Part shown: positions 20,401 through 28,856 of the stretch, in pieces
Layout of the letters: every line of letters starts with the position of its first letter
Numbering within the stretch: position 1 is the stretch's first letter
Origin: an uncultured virus (IMG/VR IMGVR_UViG_3300045284_000309)
Taxonomy: Duplodnaviria; Heunggongvirae; Uroviricota; Caudoviricetes
IMG/VR virus record: IMGVR_UViG_3300045284_000309
Length of the DNA: 64,000 nt
Strand: one strand, 5' to 3'
Translations under genes and position numbers: made by a program
Notes under the pieces: model-generated
What the model saw: the letters and a program-made list of their open reading frames with translations, nothing else
Told to the model about the DNA's origin: nothing
Database searches by the model: none

Positions 20401-20547
20401 AGCATCATTGTCCAGGGACGAGTCGATGTAAAAGCTCTCGATATTGCTGATCACGCGCTGCGAGTAACCACGACTCCACTTCGTGGTTACGAGCGCCCTG
20501 ACGTTTTCGAGGGGCTTGTTTAGCTCTCTAGACAGTATGCTTGACAT
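17476..20547 (-). CDS. Baseplate hub fused to lysozyme-like and amidase domains
   Basis: N-terminal hub (FTGISDD, VTGRDYS, ETFWEF); VDPRLIVAISGAETSF..NAWG; C-terminal IVIHDME, SAHY, HVDPG. Confidence 0.85.
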   Translation of the reverse strand: MSSILSRELNKPLENVRALVTTKWSRGYSQRVISNIESFYIDSSLDNDADNWQVEIGDSTGEFLAMLERNHEVRIELVTSAPGAAGHIFTGISDDIVFDQTGLMVVTGRDYSSLALDSTCPPVRFKSVKAGYVVANQARKLGFTNISLAKTGQVKKTIKTDGSETFWEFWYRLYRNEKMWLWVGPNGALIGNKLNYDQHISYYFGTPMQTDTRLVQSMHIPVEAVEIRKSTQGRLGSVWVMVKDGKKTFWVKGVTDPTMDGWLKRPFKIIQDTTSHDDAGGRKSAWEEIFEGKVGSLEIRLTVSDPTHIFQTNKIARVRIPEIGYGGEFFVVGWRMQADLSGYVQEIRLREKLIALSRRVPHEPVIPVPKSLPKDGATSALTEQEVNDLLAGLIPTGNHGDWADFFYKAAMNFHGKWDGDLFLACLLGISWVDTRITNIRENTGHHDGTEWHARESTVDPRESSLYRGQPPAPGTPVPEYEDTFANQIDTVESYDIAHRELGVGPMQLVNRKLKNEADDRMVSGGVTTTSITATKIDSYLKSKSNSPLSGFGNEHVASGKKHNVDPRLIVAISGAETSFATDPNAAAGIAVHNAWGMFDDHSNNIPYSSWPEGIEATAANLGGPTYIGGGLTTVAQIQIHWAPSGAANDPDGLNNNWTRNVTKFLQDLGGNPNDVTYKSTPDAAPKASASHDEYSGGRWDPESNIWIGGEAFAAALDAGGRDPTDGDQKSAMWEAGARYDGNFGNATGEIFSNKLRRAVMISPGFLKLAQAAISAIRTNSNSAADGNTSGTTSSSLLHGNWPSEADCLAAFTSGSWIGRNAPTDPSPAAPLPTIPFLQAKYYKEGRTMDIKWIVIHDMEAPESNETAQNVANMFAGGRTDGPASAHYCLDNENIVQCVKDIDMAYGVLGDGTDGSAAVGGKIDQQTLHFEHAGYASQTLADWQDEFSTAMLKMSAKLTAKKAKEWGIPCVHVTPGGLAGGQSGFAGHGDFTTAFSTPGGHVDPGSNFPWAQYMQLVNDAYNSL

Positions 20548-20710
20548 TTTTCCTATTCAACATTTCATTTAGCATCGCACCGTCAACAAAGGCATCGAAC
20601 ACCTGAATTTGACGATTGAGCTTGGCCTTGGGATGCTCGTCCCTCCATTGCAGGTAGGCATGGATTGCCGCATTGTGTCGCTTTCTGACTTTGGCCTTTG
20701 CCTCTGGCAC
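20528..20710 (-). CDS. Hypothetical protein
   Basis: GGAGGA RBS; 60 aa. Confidence 0.6.
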   Translation of the reverse strand: MPEAKAKVRKRHNAAIHAYLQWRDEHPKAKLNRQIQVFDAFVDGAMLNEMLNRKNVKHTV

Positions 20711-20718
20711 TTGTCCTC

Positions 20719-21531
20719 CTAGACCCGGAATTTCGTTCCAATCGGGAACCGGAAATAAGGAAGTTGAAATGAAGCCTGCTTGTTGATGCTGGCGTTACCC
20801 TGGTAACTGGACAAGGAGCTACGATTCAATTGGACGATCTGTTGCCACTTGGTCGCATCTCCGTAAACCTTGGCCGCAATTCCACGGAGTGTCCTGACAC
20901 TTCCTGTCGTTGTGAAAATACGCGCTGGCTTACCCTTCGGCATCGTCTTCGCCGTTGGGTTGCGAGGAGGCGGTGTTCCCTTCGGATCTTTCACCTTGTG
21001 CCCCTCACCGATTCTCACGAATGTAATCGTGTAATCAATCGAGTGAGTCCTGTCATCTGCGTCATGCGTGAAATCCCAGTTTTCAGGAAGAACATACTGC
21101 TCGCGGTTGAACACGCCTGGAGCATAGAGCACAAGCCCACGCTCTTTTGTATGGCTGCGAAGCATGTTGATGCACTCCACCATGTTTTGCTGCGATGTCG
21201 TTCCTGGGAAAGTGCCAGAGAGTGTAATCCTGGCCTCCTCATAATGCATGGTGATTCCATCGACGGTATTGTCACCGATGAAATGTCGCAGACCGAGTTG
21301 TGCCTGACCGCTTCTGCGAAATCCCTCGATGCCGGTCGGGAAGGCGTAGAGCTTGCTGCCGTTGACGATATACGGGCGAGCATGGCGCAAATTTCCAGGA
21401 GTGGCCTTTCCTGGAGCGTTGACCGTCCCTGGATAGACAAGATACGCGGCAGGATCCATCCCCTGTCCGGGCTTCCAGATCGTGGGATCGAAAGCCGTCT
21501 TCTTGTTCTGAATTGTTGGTGGATGCGCCAT
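20719..21531 (-). CDS. Tail tube initiator-like protein with C-terminal LysM-like domain
   Basis: TLRGIAAKVYGDATKWQQIVQLN; directly after the tape measure gene. Confidence 0.85.
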   Translation of the reverse strand: MAHPPTIQNKKTAFDPTIWKPGQGMDPAAYLVYPGTVNAPGKATPGNLRHARPYIVNGSKLYAFPTGIEGFRRSGQAQLGLRHFIGDNTVDGITMHYEEARITLSGTFPGTTSQQNMVECINMLRSHTKERGLVLYAPGVFNREQYVLPENWDFTHDADDRTHSIDYTITFVRIGEGHKVKDPKGTPPPRNPTAKTMPKGKPARIFTTTGSVRTLRGIAAKVYGDATKWQQIVQLNRSSLSSYQGNASINKQASFQLPYFRFPIGTKFRV

Positions 21532-23567
21532 TATCGCCTTCCGCTAGGCTTGCCCTGGAACGAAGGGATGTTCCCGTTTGTAAAGAGGTTGGCCGGTACG
21601 TGAATTTTCCTGTTCGTAACCGTTCCATCCGGGTTTTTTAGGTTGATGTTCAACGTCAGCGTTGCGTCATTTCCTTTGCCCGTAACTCTGCCCGCTGTCA
21701 TACCTACCAAGCTACCAACCTGCTTTCCAAGTGCATGCTGAATAGCCACAAGCTGATCAAAACTGAAATTTCCTTTGCGGCCACTGATTGACTTCGGAAG
21801 GTCGAAATTCCAGAAGCCTCCCTCCATCGGCCCATAGCCTAGCTGCTTCGGTGAAACATCTGCAATTGCCTGAGTAGCCGCGCCTGCAATAGCCACAGGC
21901 CCACCGAATTTGAGAACATTACGACCAAGCCTCGTGAAAAGTCCAGCCTTCGCCGTTTTCTCTACATCCCTTTCTGCTTGGCGAGAATTTGGAATCAGCG
22001 GATTTCCAGTGCTGAGCGGCCCGCCGAGAACGCGAACGTAGAACGGATTTTCAATTTGGCCAGTCGGCATCTTCCCGGCAAGCGACTCAAGCGCTTGAGC
22101 GCCACCGGCTGTCTTGCCAAGAATTCCAAGCCCGCCCAAAGCTCTACGACCGCCCAGAAGCGCCGCGAGGCCCACACCGCCGAGAACGATATCTCTCGTA
22201 GCGTCTCGATGATGCTGAGCCACTTTGACGCCTGATGTAATTCCAGTTGCTGCAAGGTTGAGCAACGGCTCTAGCGCCTGCGCAACCTGAAGTGAAAGCG
22301 TGTTCACTGCAACACTTGCCTCTTGCAGCTTCGACCGCTTCTGAAAATTCGCCCACATATTCGTGAGAGAGTGGGTATCGTGTATTTGATCTTGTTGATA
22401 TCCCAGCATCTGATCCAGGTCTTCTTGAAGGCTCGTGATATTCGCGCTCGGATTCGACTGCAACTGAGCCGCGAGTGTAATTGCTGCACGAACCGCATGA
22501 ATTCTTCCCAGGGCCGTGCGCATGAAAGCCATCCGACTCGGACTGACGCCTGGAATTGTGTTCGACGTTTCCAGTTGATCATCTGGAATTTGTCCAAGCG
22601 CCCGAAGCGAATCTGGAGTCATTCCCTTCGTGTCGGGCGAAATGTAGCGAAGAAATTTCATGACTGCGGCGTTGATCCCTTGACGACGCACCGTTTGCGG
22701 TGTAATTCCAATGCCCGCCAGTGCCTCTCGTGAAGCTTTCGATGCAGGCGTCTCGATTTGCTGCACGAGATACTGAAGCCCGCGCATCGCTGTCGCGGGA
22801 GGAGCGCCGAACCTCAGGGAACCCATCACGAGCGCCATCTCCTGAGCTTGCGCAGTTTTCAGAGGAACGTTCGGTGAAAGTCCTCCTCTGAAAAGCGTAG
22901 AAAGCTGCGGCATCTGCTGTGCCAACTGCGGAGCGGCTGCAATTCCACCAGGCACAATTGAAATCATCGCTGCCCACATGCGAGAAAATTCTCCGATGGT
23001 CTTCGCATTGTTCGCACGGCCGAACGCGAGGTTCATCGACGTTGCCGCCTGGGTCAGATCTTGGATAGGCGTTTGTGAAACTTTTGCTGCCCGACCAATG
23101 TCTTCCATGATCGTGGGAATGTCACTCGGCTTGACATTCTGAATGGTCGAGAGAAGGTTGACCGTCGCATCGTTGATTTCATTGATCGGCGTGATCGTAT
23201 TGATCGCGGTCTTCTGAAGATCAGCCTCAAGCTTGTCCACCTGAGAAGTTGAAAACGAAACGGATGGCCCGCCAGGTCGCAGTTGCTGTGTGCCGATGGC
23301 CTGAATGAGGCCAAGCTGTTGCTGCACATCTTTCAACTGGCCGACCATCCGTGTGAGTCCAAAAACCGCCTGTCCTGCAATTGCATACCGAATCGTCGTG
23401 CCGAGCGCCCTCCATTGGTTATTCAGGACGCTGCTTTGATTCGTAACGTCTCGGACTTTTCCGTACCACGATTGGGTCTGAGCACCCATCTCGCGGGTCG
23501 CTGAAATAATCGCGCTACTGCCCGATGCGCGAAATTCCGTTGCGACGACGTTAGTGAGTGAAGACAT
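21531..23567 (-). CDS. Tape measure protein
   Basis: 678 aa, Ala/Gln/Gly-rich and helical-looking, between chaperone and baseplate genes. Confidence 0.85.
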   Translation of the reverse strand: MSSLTNVVATEFRASGSSAIISATREMGAQTQSWYGKVRDVTNQSSVLNNQWRALGTTIRYAIAGQAVFGLTRMVGQLKDVQQQLGLIQAIGTQQLRPGGPSVSFSTSQVDKLEADLQKTAINTITPINEINDATVNLLSTIQNVKPSDIPTIMEDIGRAAKVSQTPIQDLTQAATSMNLAFGRANNAKTIGEFSRMWAAMISIVPGGIAAAPQLAQQMPQLSTLFRGGLSPNVPLKTAQAQEMALVMGSLRFGAPPATAMRGLQYLVQQIETPASKASREALAGIGITPQTVRRQGINAAVMKFLRYISPDTKGMTPDSLRALGQIPDDQLETSNTIPGVSPSRMAFMRTALGRIHAVRAAITLAAQLQSNPSANITSLQEDLDQMLGYQQDQIHDTHSLTNMWANFQKRSKLQEASVAVNTLSLQVAQALEPLLNLAATGITSGVKVAQHHRDATRDIVLGGVGLAALLGGRRALGGLGILGKTAGGAQALESLAGKMPTGQIENPFYVRVLGGPLSTGNPLIPNSRQAERDVEKTAKAGLFTRLGRNVLKFGGPVAIAGAATQAIADVSPKQLGYGPMEGGFWNFDLPKSISGRKGNFSFDQLVAIQHALGKQVGSLVGMTAGRVTGKGNDATLTLNINLKNPDGTVTNRKIHVPANLFTNGNIPSFQGKPSGRR

Positions 23568-23575
23568 CTAGCTCC

Positions 23576-24130
23576 CTATGGCTTGGCAGGATTTGATCCG
23601 CCGCAGTCGGTCGTGCAGTCGGGATTTCCACCTGTGTTATTTCCACCGCAGTTGCTCGTACAGGCCGTGGTAGTAGTTCCACCCTGGACAGTAGTGGTTG
23701 TAATTACAGTCGTGGTCGTTCCCGGCATTCCAGTCGTTACGGTTACGGTCGCTCCGGGCGCTCCAGGTGCCCCCTGTGCGCCTTGGGCACCGTTGGTGCC
23801 ATTGGTACCGTTAGCACCGGCTGGGCCTTGAGCACCTTGTGGCCCTTGTGGGCCGGGTGTACCAGCTTTACTTTGTAGTGTGTTGATCTGATCCTGCAAA
23901 CCTTTGAGCAGGTTGGCGAGCGCGGTCAGGTCGATGATGTGCTTGATCCGAACTTCCTTCTTGTGACAGGGCTGCTGAGTCTTGACGCCACGGATGATTC
24001 CATTCTGCGTCGAAATACAGAACGGCCCAAATTTTGCGTTGTGCTGGATTCCTGGAATTACATCCGCCGTTGCGATGCCAGCAACCCCCAACAGGACAAA
24101 GCAGAACACGACCAAAACAATGCGTTTCAT
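23576..24130 (-). CDS. Secreted or membrane collagen-repeat protein
   Basis: Signal peptide, short coiled coil, G-X-Y run, Thr/Cys-rich tail. Confidence 0.8.
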   Translation of the reverse strand: MKRIVLVVFCFVLLGVAGIATADVIPGIQHNAKFGPFCISTQNGIIRGVKTQQPCHKKEVRIKHIIDLTALANLLKGLQDQINTLQSKAGTPGPQGPQGAQGPAGANGTNGTNGAQGAQGAPGAPGATVTVTTGMPGTTTTVITTTTVQGGTTTTACTSNCGGNNTGGNPDCTTDCGGSNPAKP

Positions 24131-24142
24131 CTCAACCCCTTT

Positions 24143-24451
24143 TTAGGTTTTCACACAAGTCCAGATTTCAACCTGTCCGCCAGGTGAATTCAGCACGACA
24201 GCCTGAAAAGTCGAACCGACCGGACATTTTTCAACACCGCCAGTTCCAGGATCACCCTTTGGGCCTTGTGGCCCTGCTGGGCCTGCTGGCCCCTGTGGGC
24301 CTGTTGCGCCAGTACCAACATTTACAGTTGTTGTTTTGGTCGGTGCCTGCGTAGTAGCGCCTGTCAAAGCAACGGCACCTAGAGCACCCGACGTTCCCGC
24401 GAGTACCAGGCCACTAGCCATCAGTGCTACTGCTTTGTTTGGCAATTTCAT
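24143..24451 (-). CDS. Membrane-anchored collagen-repeat protein
   Basis: Hydrophobic N-terminus, GATGPQGPAGPAGPQGPKGD, C-terminal Cys pair. Confidence 0.8.
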   Translation of the reverse strand: MKLPNKAVALMASGLVLAGTSGALGAVALTGATTQAPTKTTTVNVGTGATGPQGPAGPAGPQGPKGDPGTGGVEKCPVGSTFQAVVLNSPGGQVEIWTCVKT

Positions 24452-24575
24452 CACCTTTTTTCTCCTTACTCGCTCGTGCAACACGCAGAGCAGCTATTCC
24501 ACTCAGTAGCCCTCCGACTCCAGCAAAGAACGCGCCCAGTCCGACCAGCCAAGCTCCAGACGCCGCGACCAACAT
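24414..24575 (-). CDS. Small TM protein (not in ORF track)
   Basis: MLVAASGAWLVGLGAFFAGVGGLLSGIAALRVARASKEKK; TGATG-coupled to the holin-like gene. Confidence 0.65.
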   Translation of the reverse strand: MLVAASGAWLVGLGAFFAGVGGLLSGIAALRVARASKEKKGDEIAKQSSSTDG

Positions 24576-24772
24576 CAGGCATTTGGCGTCTCGGAATTGT
24601 TGGGAATATTCGGCACTGTGAAAACGACCCCGCCACCGACCACGAGAGCAATTACTGCTTGAACCCAGTCTTGTGCGGTTAGGGTGCCGTCTTCGAGCGA
24701 CACACTAATGGCAGTCAGAAACGGAATGAGCGCTCCCGCGACTGCCTTGTAGTATGGCGAGATCTTGTTCAT
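24575..24772 (-). CDS. Holin-like two-TM protein
   Basis: YYKAVAGAL..DGTLTAQDWV..GVVFTVPN, resembling small actinophage holins. Confidence 0.7.
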   Translation of the reverse strand: MNKISPYYKAVAGALIPFLTAISVSLEDGTLTAQDWVQAVIALVVGGGVVFTVPNIPNNSETPNA

Positions 24773-24780
24773 GATCCTCC

Positions 24781-25137
24781 TCAAATTTCCACTTCGATGG
24801 GCGGGGGTTCGATCCTGCCGCCACCTTTTTCAAGATGGATGTCATCGATCATCCCGTCCCGTGACGGCACGTAGACCTTACTACGAATTTCTTCTGGAAG
24901 CTTCTTCACGTCTGAGACAGCCTCCCCACAGACTTCACAAAGCTCTCTGTGGAATTTCGGCAGACAATGGACATGGATCCTTCTCAGTCTGTCTTCGTAG
25001 TCGCAGAGTTGATTGAGGTAGACCCATGTGAGTTGTCCCGAAGTTGCTCTGGCGAAATCGTTGAAAGGAAGCGTTTGGCTGCGTACCATGATCTGCCAGA
25101 GAGCGCGTTCCAGTCCATTGTCTGAAAGACTTTTTTT
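24781..25137 (-). CDS. Tail assembly chaperone, -1 frameshift extension (gpGT-like)
   Basis: -1 frame is open from slippery A AAA AAA at 25137-25131 to the stop at 24781. Confidence 0.8.
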   Translation of the reverse strand, partial: KKSLSDNGLERALWQIMVRSQTLPFNDFARATSGQLTWVYLNQLCDYEDRLRRIHVHCLPKFHRELCEVCGEAVSDVKKLPEEIRSKVYVPSRDGMIDDIHLEKGGGRIEPPPIEVEI

Positions 25138-25541
25138 AGGTCTTCGATCTCCTCCTCTGTAATTCCGTCGAGAGAGGGTGACGACTTGGCGATCATCTCG
25201 TTATAGCCGTCGATCAGGGCATCAATATCCGCAACTTCCAGGTCTTCCAGCATTTCCTCCGTCGAGGAATAGACCCTCATCGTGAGATCGTGCTCCTCCC
25301 GAATTGCGCGGACAAGAATTTCCTGAGCTTGAACACGGTCGCGAATCGCCATCCCAGGCAGGTCATCGTTTGCCCTCGTGTCACGCACTTTTTCAAGCGC
25401 CTGGAGATACTGAGCCTCCGTCAGAGGGACGATGCACAGCCGTATTTCATCATCTGACGGAATCTCTACGATGTCACATACCGTTTGTCCGAGACGCATC
25501 CGATCCAACCGACGCTCCCGGATTTTCTCTTTCGTGCTCAT
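24984..25541 (-). CDS. Tail assembly chaperone (gpG-like)
   Basis: Between tube and tape measure genes; ...EEIEDLKK slippery site. Confidence 0.8.
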   Translation of the reverse strand: MSTKEKIRERRLDRMRLGQTVCDIVEIPSDDEIRLCIVPLTEAQYLQALEKVRDTRANDDLPGMAIRDRVQAQEILVRAIREEHDLTMRVYSSTEEMLEDLEVADIDALIDGYNEMIAKSSPSLDGITEEEIEDLKKVFQTMDWNALSGRSWYAAKRFLSTISPEQLRDNSHGSTSINSATTKTD

Positions 25542-25851
25542 ACCCACCTATTCGTAGTTTGTCTGAAATCACGTTACGGGCATCTTCCTGCGTTTTCACG
25601 CAGTCGGACTGGAGCGGGATCATGTAGAAGATGTTGTTGCAATTCATGCAGAACGCTTGAACCACAAATTCCGCCAGGCGTCCTTGCGTTGACGACTCAC
25701 TCACTCGCACGGTCGGGTTCATCGTGTCGCAATGAGGGCAGACGGGCGGCTTTGTCTCCACCTGAAATTCAAACTCGTCCTGAGCGAGTTTTTCGAGCGC
25801 ATCGACTCCACGCTCCAGTAGATTTTCAAGCCGCCTGTCCATTTCGGTCAC
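25474..25851 (-). CDS. Zn-ribbon hypothetical protein
   Basis: CPHC...CMNC; GTG start overlaps the tube stop. Confidence 0.65.
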   Translation of the reverse strand: MTEMDRRLENLLERGVDALEKLAQDEFEFQVETKPPVCPHCDTMNPTVRVSESSTQGRLAEFVVQAFCMNCNNIFYMIPLQSDCVKTQEDARNVISDKLRIGGYEHERENPGASVGSDASRTNGM

Positions 25852-26261
25852 TGATTGATGCGTACGCCCGGAGCGGCGTACCCAGGAATGCTCACGTCGC
25901 AGTCGAGCGTGACCTGATCGAGGGTGGAGCGAACTGAAATCCTGTTCCAGTTGCATCCCCGGTACGTCGTGATCAAGCTGCCGCGCTTCGTCTGAATGTC
26001 GAAGTCCCGCATCTGCTTCAGAAGGGCTTCGTTGTTCATCTGATTCGACACGCCCTGCTTCAGCAGAATTACACTGAAACTGACGGTGCCCTCATCGGCA
26101 GGACGGATCCGCCGCAGGACAGGGCCATCGGTGCCAAAAGCGCCCTGATAGGCAACCTCTTGCCGAAGCTCCTCGGACATCTCCTGTGTGGCTGAAAAAT
26201 CCTTGCCGTTCTCGAATGAAATCCCGAGATCGACAGCCGTGAGTCCTTCGAGCCATGCCAT
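25848..26261 (-). CDS. Tail tube protein
   Basis: 137 aa directly after the sheath; GTVSF..TYRGC pattern; strong RBS. Confidence 0.8.
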   Translation of the reverse strand: MAWLEGLTAVDLGISFENGKDFSATQEMSEELRQEVAYQGAFGTDGPVLRRIRPADEGTVSFSVILLKQGVSNQMNNEALLKQMRDFDIQTKRGSLITTYRGCNWNRISVRSTLDQVTLDCDVSIPGYAAPGVRINQ

Positions 26262-26276
26262 AATTTCCTCCTTTCC

Positions 26277-27422
26277 TTAGACCGGGATCGTGAGGTTGCC
26301 AGCGACCTTGACCGTGCTGATGCCGCGAACCACGATGCCCTCGTAGCCGACCGTGACCTGACGCATGTCGGCGGACGGAACGACGGTGACGTTGTAGCCG
26401 AGCGATCCGTCCGGCTGCGTGACAGGAAGAACCCAGGTGCTCCGCTCCTGAATTACAGCCTGAATGCCGGACTGCATCCGCGACCGAGTTGTCTCGGTAT
26501 TTCCTGCGCGGAAGAAATTGTTGTCGTAGATGTACGCCTTTACGTCGATGAAAAGCTGATCCACGATGATCCGTGTGTAAAGCGCATCGAACGACGTGTT
26601 GGTGATGTAGCAAGTGCGAAGGTGCGTCGTGGAGACTCCACCGGCAACACGAGACGGCTGAAGCGGCGAGACGCCACCCTGAAGGAGATCCTCGAAATCG
26701 TCCTTCGGGAGTCCTGCAATTACCTGCCGTCTGAAAACCGGAAGCGCCGAAGCGTCCAGTTCGATGGCGAGCAGGGAGGGCATGTCCCAAAGGTCGAGAT
26801 CGTTTCCAGGATCGGCGTTTTTCGCAACCTCTGCCGCGACACAGGCCGCTGCGTAGGAACCGCTCTGGAGCGTTCCTGTGCCGTCGTACACACCTGGGCC
26901 GACCAGACACGTACGCGAGGCCGGATCGGTTCCTCCAGATGAAATTGAAGTTGCCGCCGCAATCAGGTTCGCCTTGGTCGTTCCCGAAGCGAGGCCGACA
27001 AATGCGATCTGCTTGTTGTAGAGGAGGTTTGCATTTGCACACGAGACGGCGAGCGCCGCATGATCGGACTGGACGACCGAATCGGTGAGCCGGATCCGAA
27101 TGTTTTCATTCGACTCCAGCTTCTGCCATGCGGCCTGCCGTTGCACGAGCGTCGGAACGGTCGCCTTGGCCGATGCAATTGCAATGATCGGCCCAGCACC
27201 ACGACTGAGCAGAGCGTTGATGATTCCGAACAGAGGAGAATCTGCACCGAAATTCACCGCCGCTTCGTCCAGCCGTGTAATCAGCGTCGGAACGCCGATG
27301 TTGGCCGTTCCACTCGCCGTCATCTGACCTTCGACCGCTGGCTGAAGGTAAATCGTTGCTGTCGCCTTCGGCGTCAGCGTTGATGCATCGATAACCTGTG
27401 GATCGAGCAGTACCGTGGAAAT
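26277..27422 (-). CDS. Tail sheath protein (probable non-canonical start at ATT 27422; first ATG at 27323)
   Basis: AAVNFGADS.L, LLQGGVSPL, TRIIVD, C-terminal V..I..V.V sheath motifs. Confidence 0.85.
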   Translation of the reverse strand: MSTVLLDPQVIDASTLTPKATATIYLQPAVEGQMTASGTANIGVPTLITRLDEAAVNFGADSPLFGIINALLSRGAGPIIAIASAKATVPTLVQRQAAWQKLESNENIRIRLTDSVVQSDHAALAVSCANANLLYNKQIAFVGLASGTTKANLIAAATSISSGGTDPASRTCLVGPGVYDGTGTLQSGSYAAACVAAEVAKNADPGNDLDLWDMPSLLAIELDASALPVFRRQVIAGLPKDDFEDLLQGGVSPLQPSRVAGGVSTTHLRTCYITNTSFDALYTRIIVDQLFIDVKAYIYDNNFFRAGNTETTRSRMQSGIQAVIQERSTWVLPVTQPDGSLGYNVTVVPSADMRQVTVGYEGIVVRGISTVKVAGNLTIPV

Positions 27423-27441
27423 TCAACTCACCGCCTTCCGT

Positions 27442-28110
27442 TCATTCGATTGGGATTAGACCTTGGTCTTCGCGGATGGAGAGATCCGGGTCTTGGTCGA
27501 TTTCAAGGATTGCAGGCCCGCTCAGCGCGTCGTCCAGAGGAACGCGGCTGAAAACTCGGATGATCAACGTGCATTCGGCCATCCTGTAGACCGTCATGTC
27601 ATTGATCTTGTCGAGAACGAACCGCCCGCCTGAAAAGCTCAGTAGCTCAAGCATCCCATCGCCACCATCCGTGAAATTCCTGAGCTTGATGATCCCGAGC
27701 GCACCCCCAAGGCAGTTCTGGAGGATCTGCTTAGCCCTGAGACGCGCTGTAGTGCCCCCAGACGCATCGGAAGCCCAGATCCCTACATCGAGGTTGATCG
27801 TGTGGACTTCACCCGTACGGCCGACGAGAGTGTTTGTGGCCTCGTCGTACGTTGAAGTGAAAATATTGTCGCCCAATCCGACCATCGCGCTTGTGATGTC
27901 ATCAATTTCAAAGTGGATGATCGTCTTCTGCATCGGCATCTTGCGCAGTTCAAGATCCGTAGCAGGAAACTCCGCGACAACCTCGTAGACATCTTCACCG
28001 ACGAAATTTTCACCGTCGTCCACAGCGACGTGGAATTCATGCTCCAAATACGCCTTGAGACAGCGAACCGTAGACTCCAGAAACTTTTCAGGATTGTAAG
28101 CAACAGTCAC
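27442..28110 (-). CDS. Tail completion/terminator-like protein
   Basis: Synteny: immediately upstream of the sheath gene. Confidence 0.55.
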   Translation of the reverse strand: MTVAYNPEKFLESTVRCLKAYLEHEFHVAVDDGENFVGEDVYEVVAEFPATDLELRKMPMQKTIIHFEIDDITSAMVGLGDNIFTSTYDEATNTLVGRTGEVHTINLDVGIWASDASGGTTARLRAKQILQNCLGGALGIIKLRNFTDGGDGMLELLSFSGGRFVLDKINDMTVYRMAECTLIIRVFSRVPLDDALSGPAILEIDQDPDLSIREDQGLIPIE

Positions 28111-28856
28111 GGCAAATGCCTCCCCAGCATCGGGCCAGTGTACGAGCCGCCACCCCTATTCGGCTTACGAATCTGAAATCTTCCGTTACGCGCCCGAACA
28201 TGCGGCGAGAACATTCCCTTTCTGGCGTTGCGCACCACTTCGCCAACTGCCTCGTGCTCCGAGACGTTTTCCCAGACGTTGTGCCCGCCTGCGGGAGATT
28301 GGATAATCTGTGTAAACCCGGCGTGTGTATGCCGCGATCTGAAAATGTCTACCCAGATTCGATGATACGCCTGAGTCGTCGCCATGAATTGCATCGTTTT
28401 CAGAACCGAGAGCTTCCGCACCGGCCTGCGAATTCTCCTACTAGGCACACTTCTGTTGCCGGATCCTCCAAACCCGACCTCTGAAATCCCATATTCGATG
28501 AAGTATGCCTCGCGAGTATCGTTGTAGACGATGTAATGGGCGAAATTTCGTTTCTTGATTCGCCAGCCGAGGTAGTACGCCTGTGAAATCCGCCTGATTC
28601 CTTGTGAAGGTGTTCTCCAGGCCAGGCTCGTGTCCTTGCCCGACGGATCGTACGGCCCGTACGCCATTTTCCTCGCATCCGACTGATTGATCAACGCCAT
28701 GTAGTGAACTAGCTGATCCATCGCATACGGGACACGCTGCGGAACCTCGATTTCACACCAACGGACATACGCCTCGACGCCCGAGATCGTCCTCGGAGTA
28801 ATTTCAGTGAGTCCTTTGAGGTTTCCACGCGGCTGAAATCCAACGAACCGTGCCAT
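28107..28856 (-). CDS. Neck protein (HK97 gp10-like)
   Basis: Basic; VYN...AYFIEYG motif; synteny. Confidence 0.6.
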   Translation of the reverse strand: MARFVGFQPRGNLKGLTEITPRTISGVEAYVRWCEIEVPQRVPYAMDQLVHYMALINQSDARKMAYGPYDPSGKDTSLAWRTPSQGIRRISQAYYLGWRIKKRNFAHYIVYNDTREAYFIEYGISEVGFGGSGNRSVPSRRIRRPVRKLSVLKTMQFMATTQAYHRIWVDIFRSRHTHAGFTQIIQSPAGGHNVWENVSEHEAVGEVVRNARKGMFSPHVRARNGRFQIRKPNRGGGSYTGPMLGRHLP

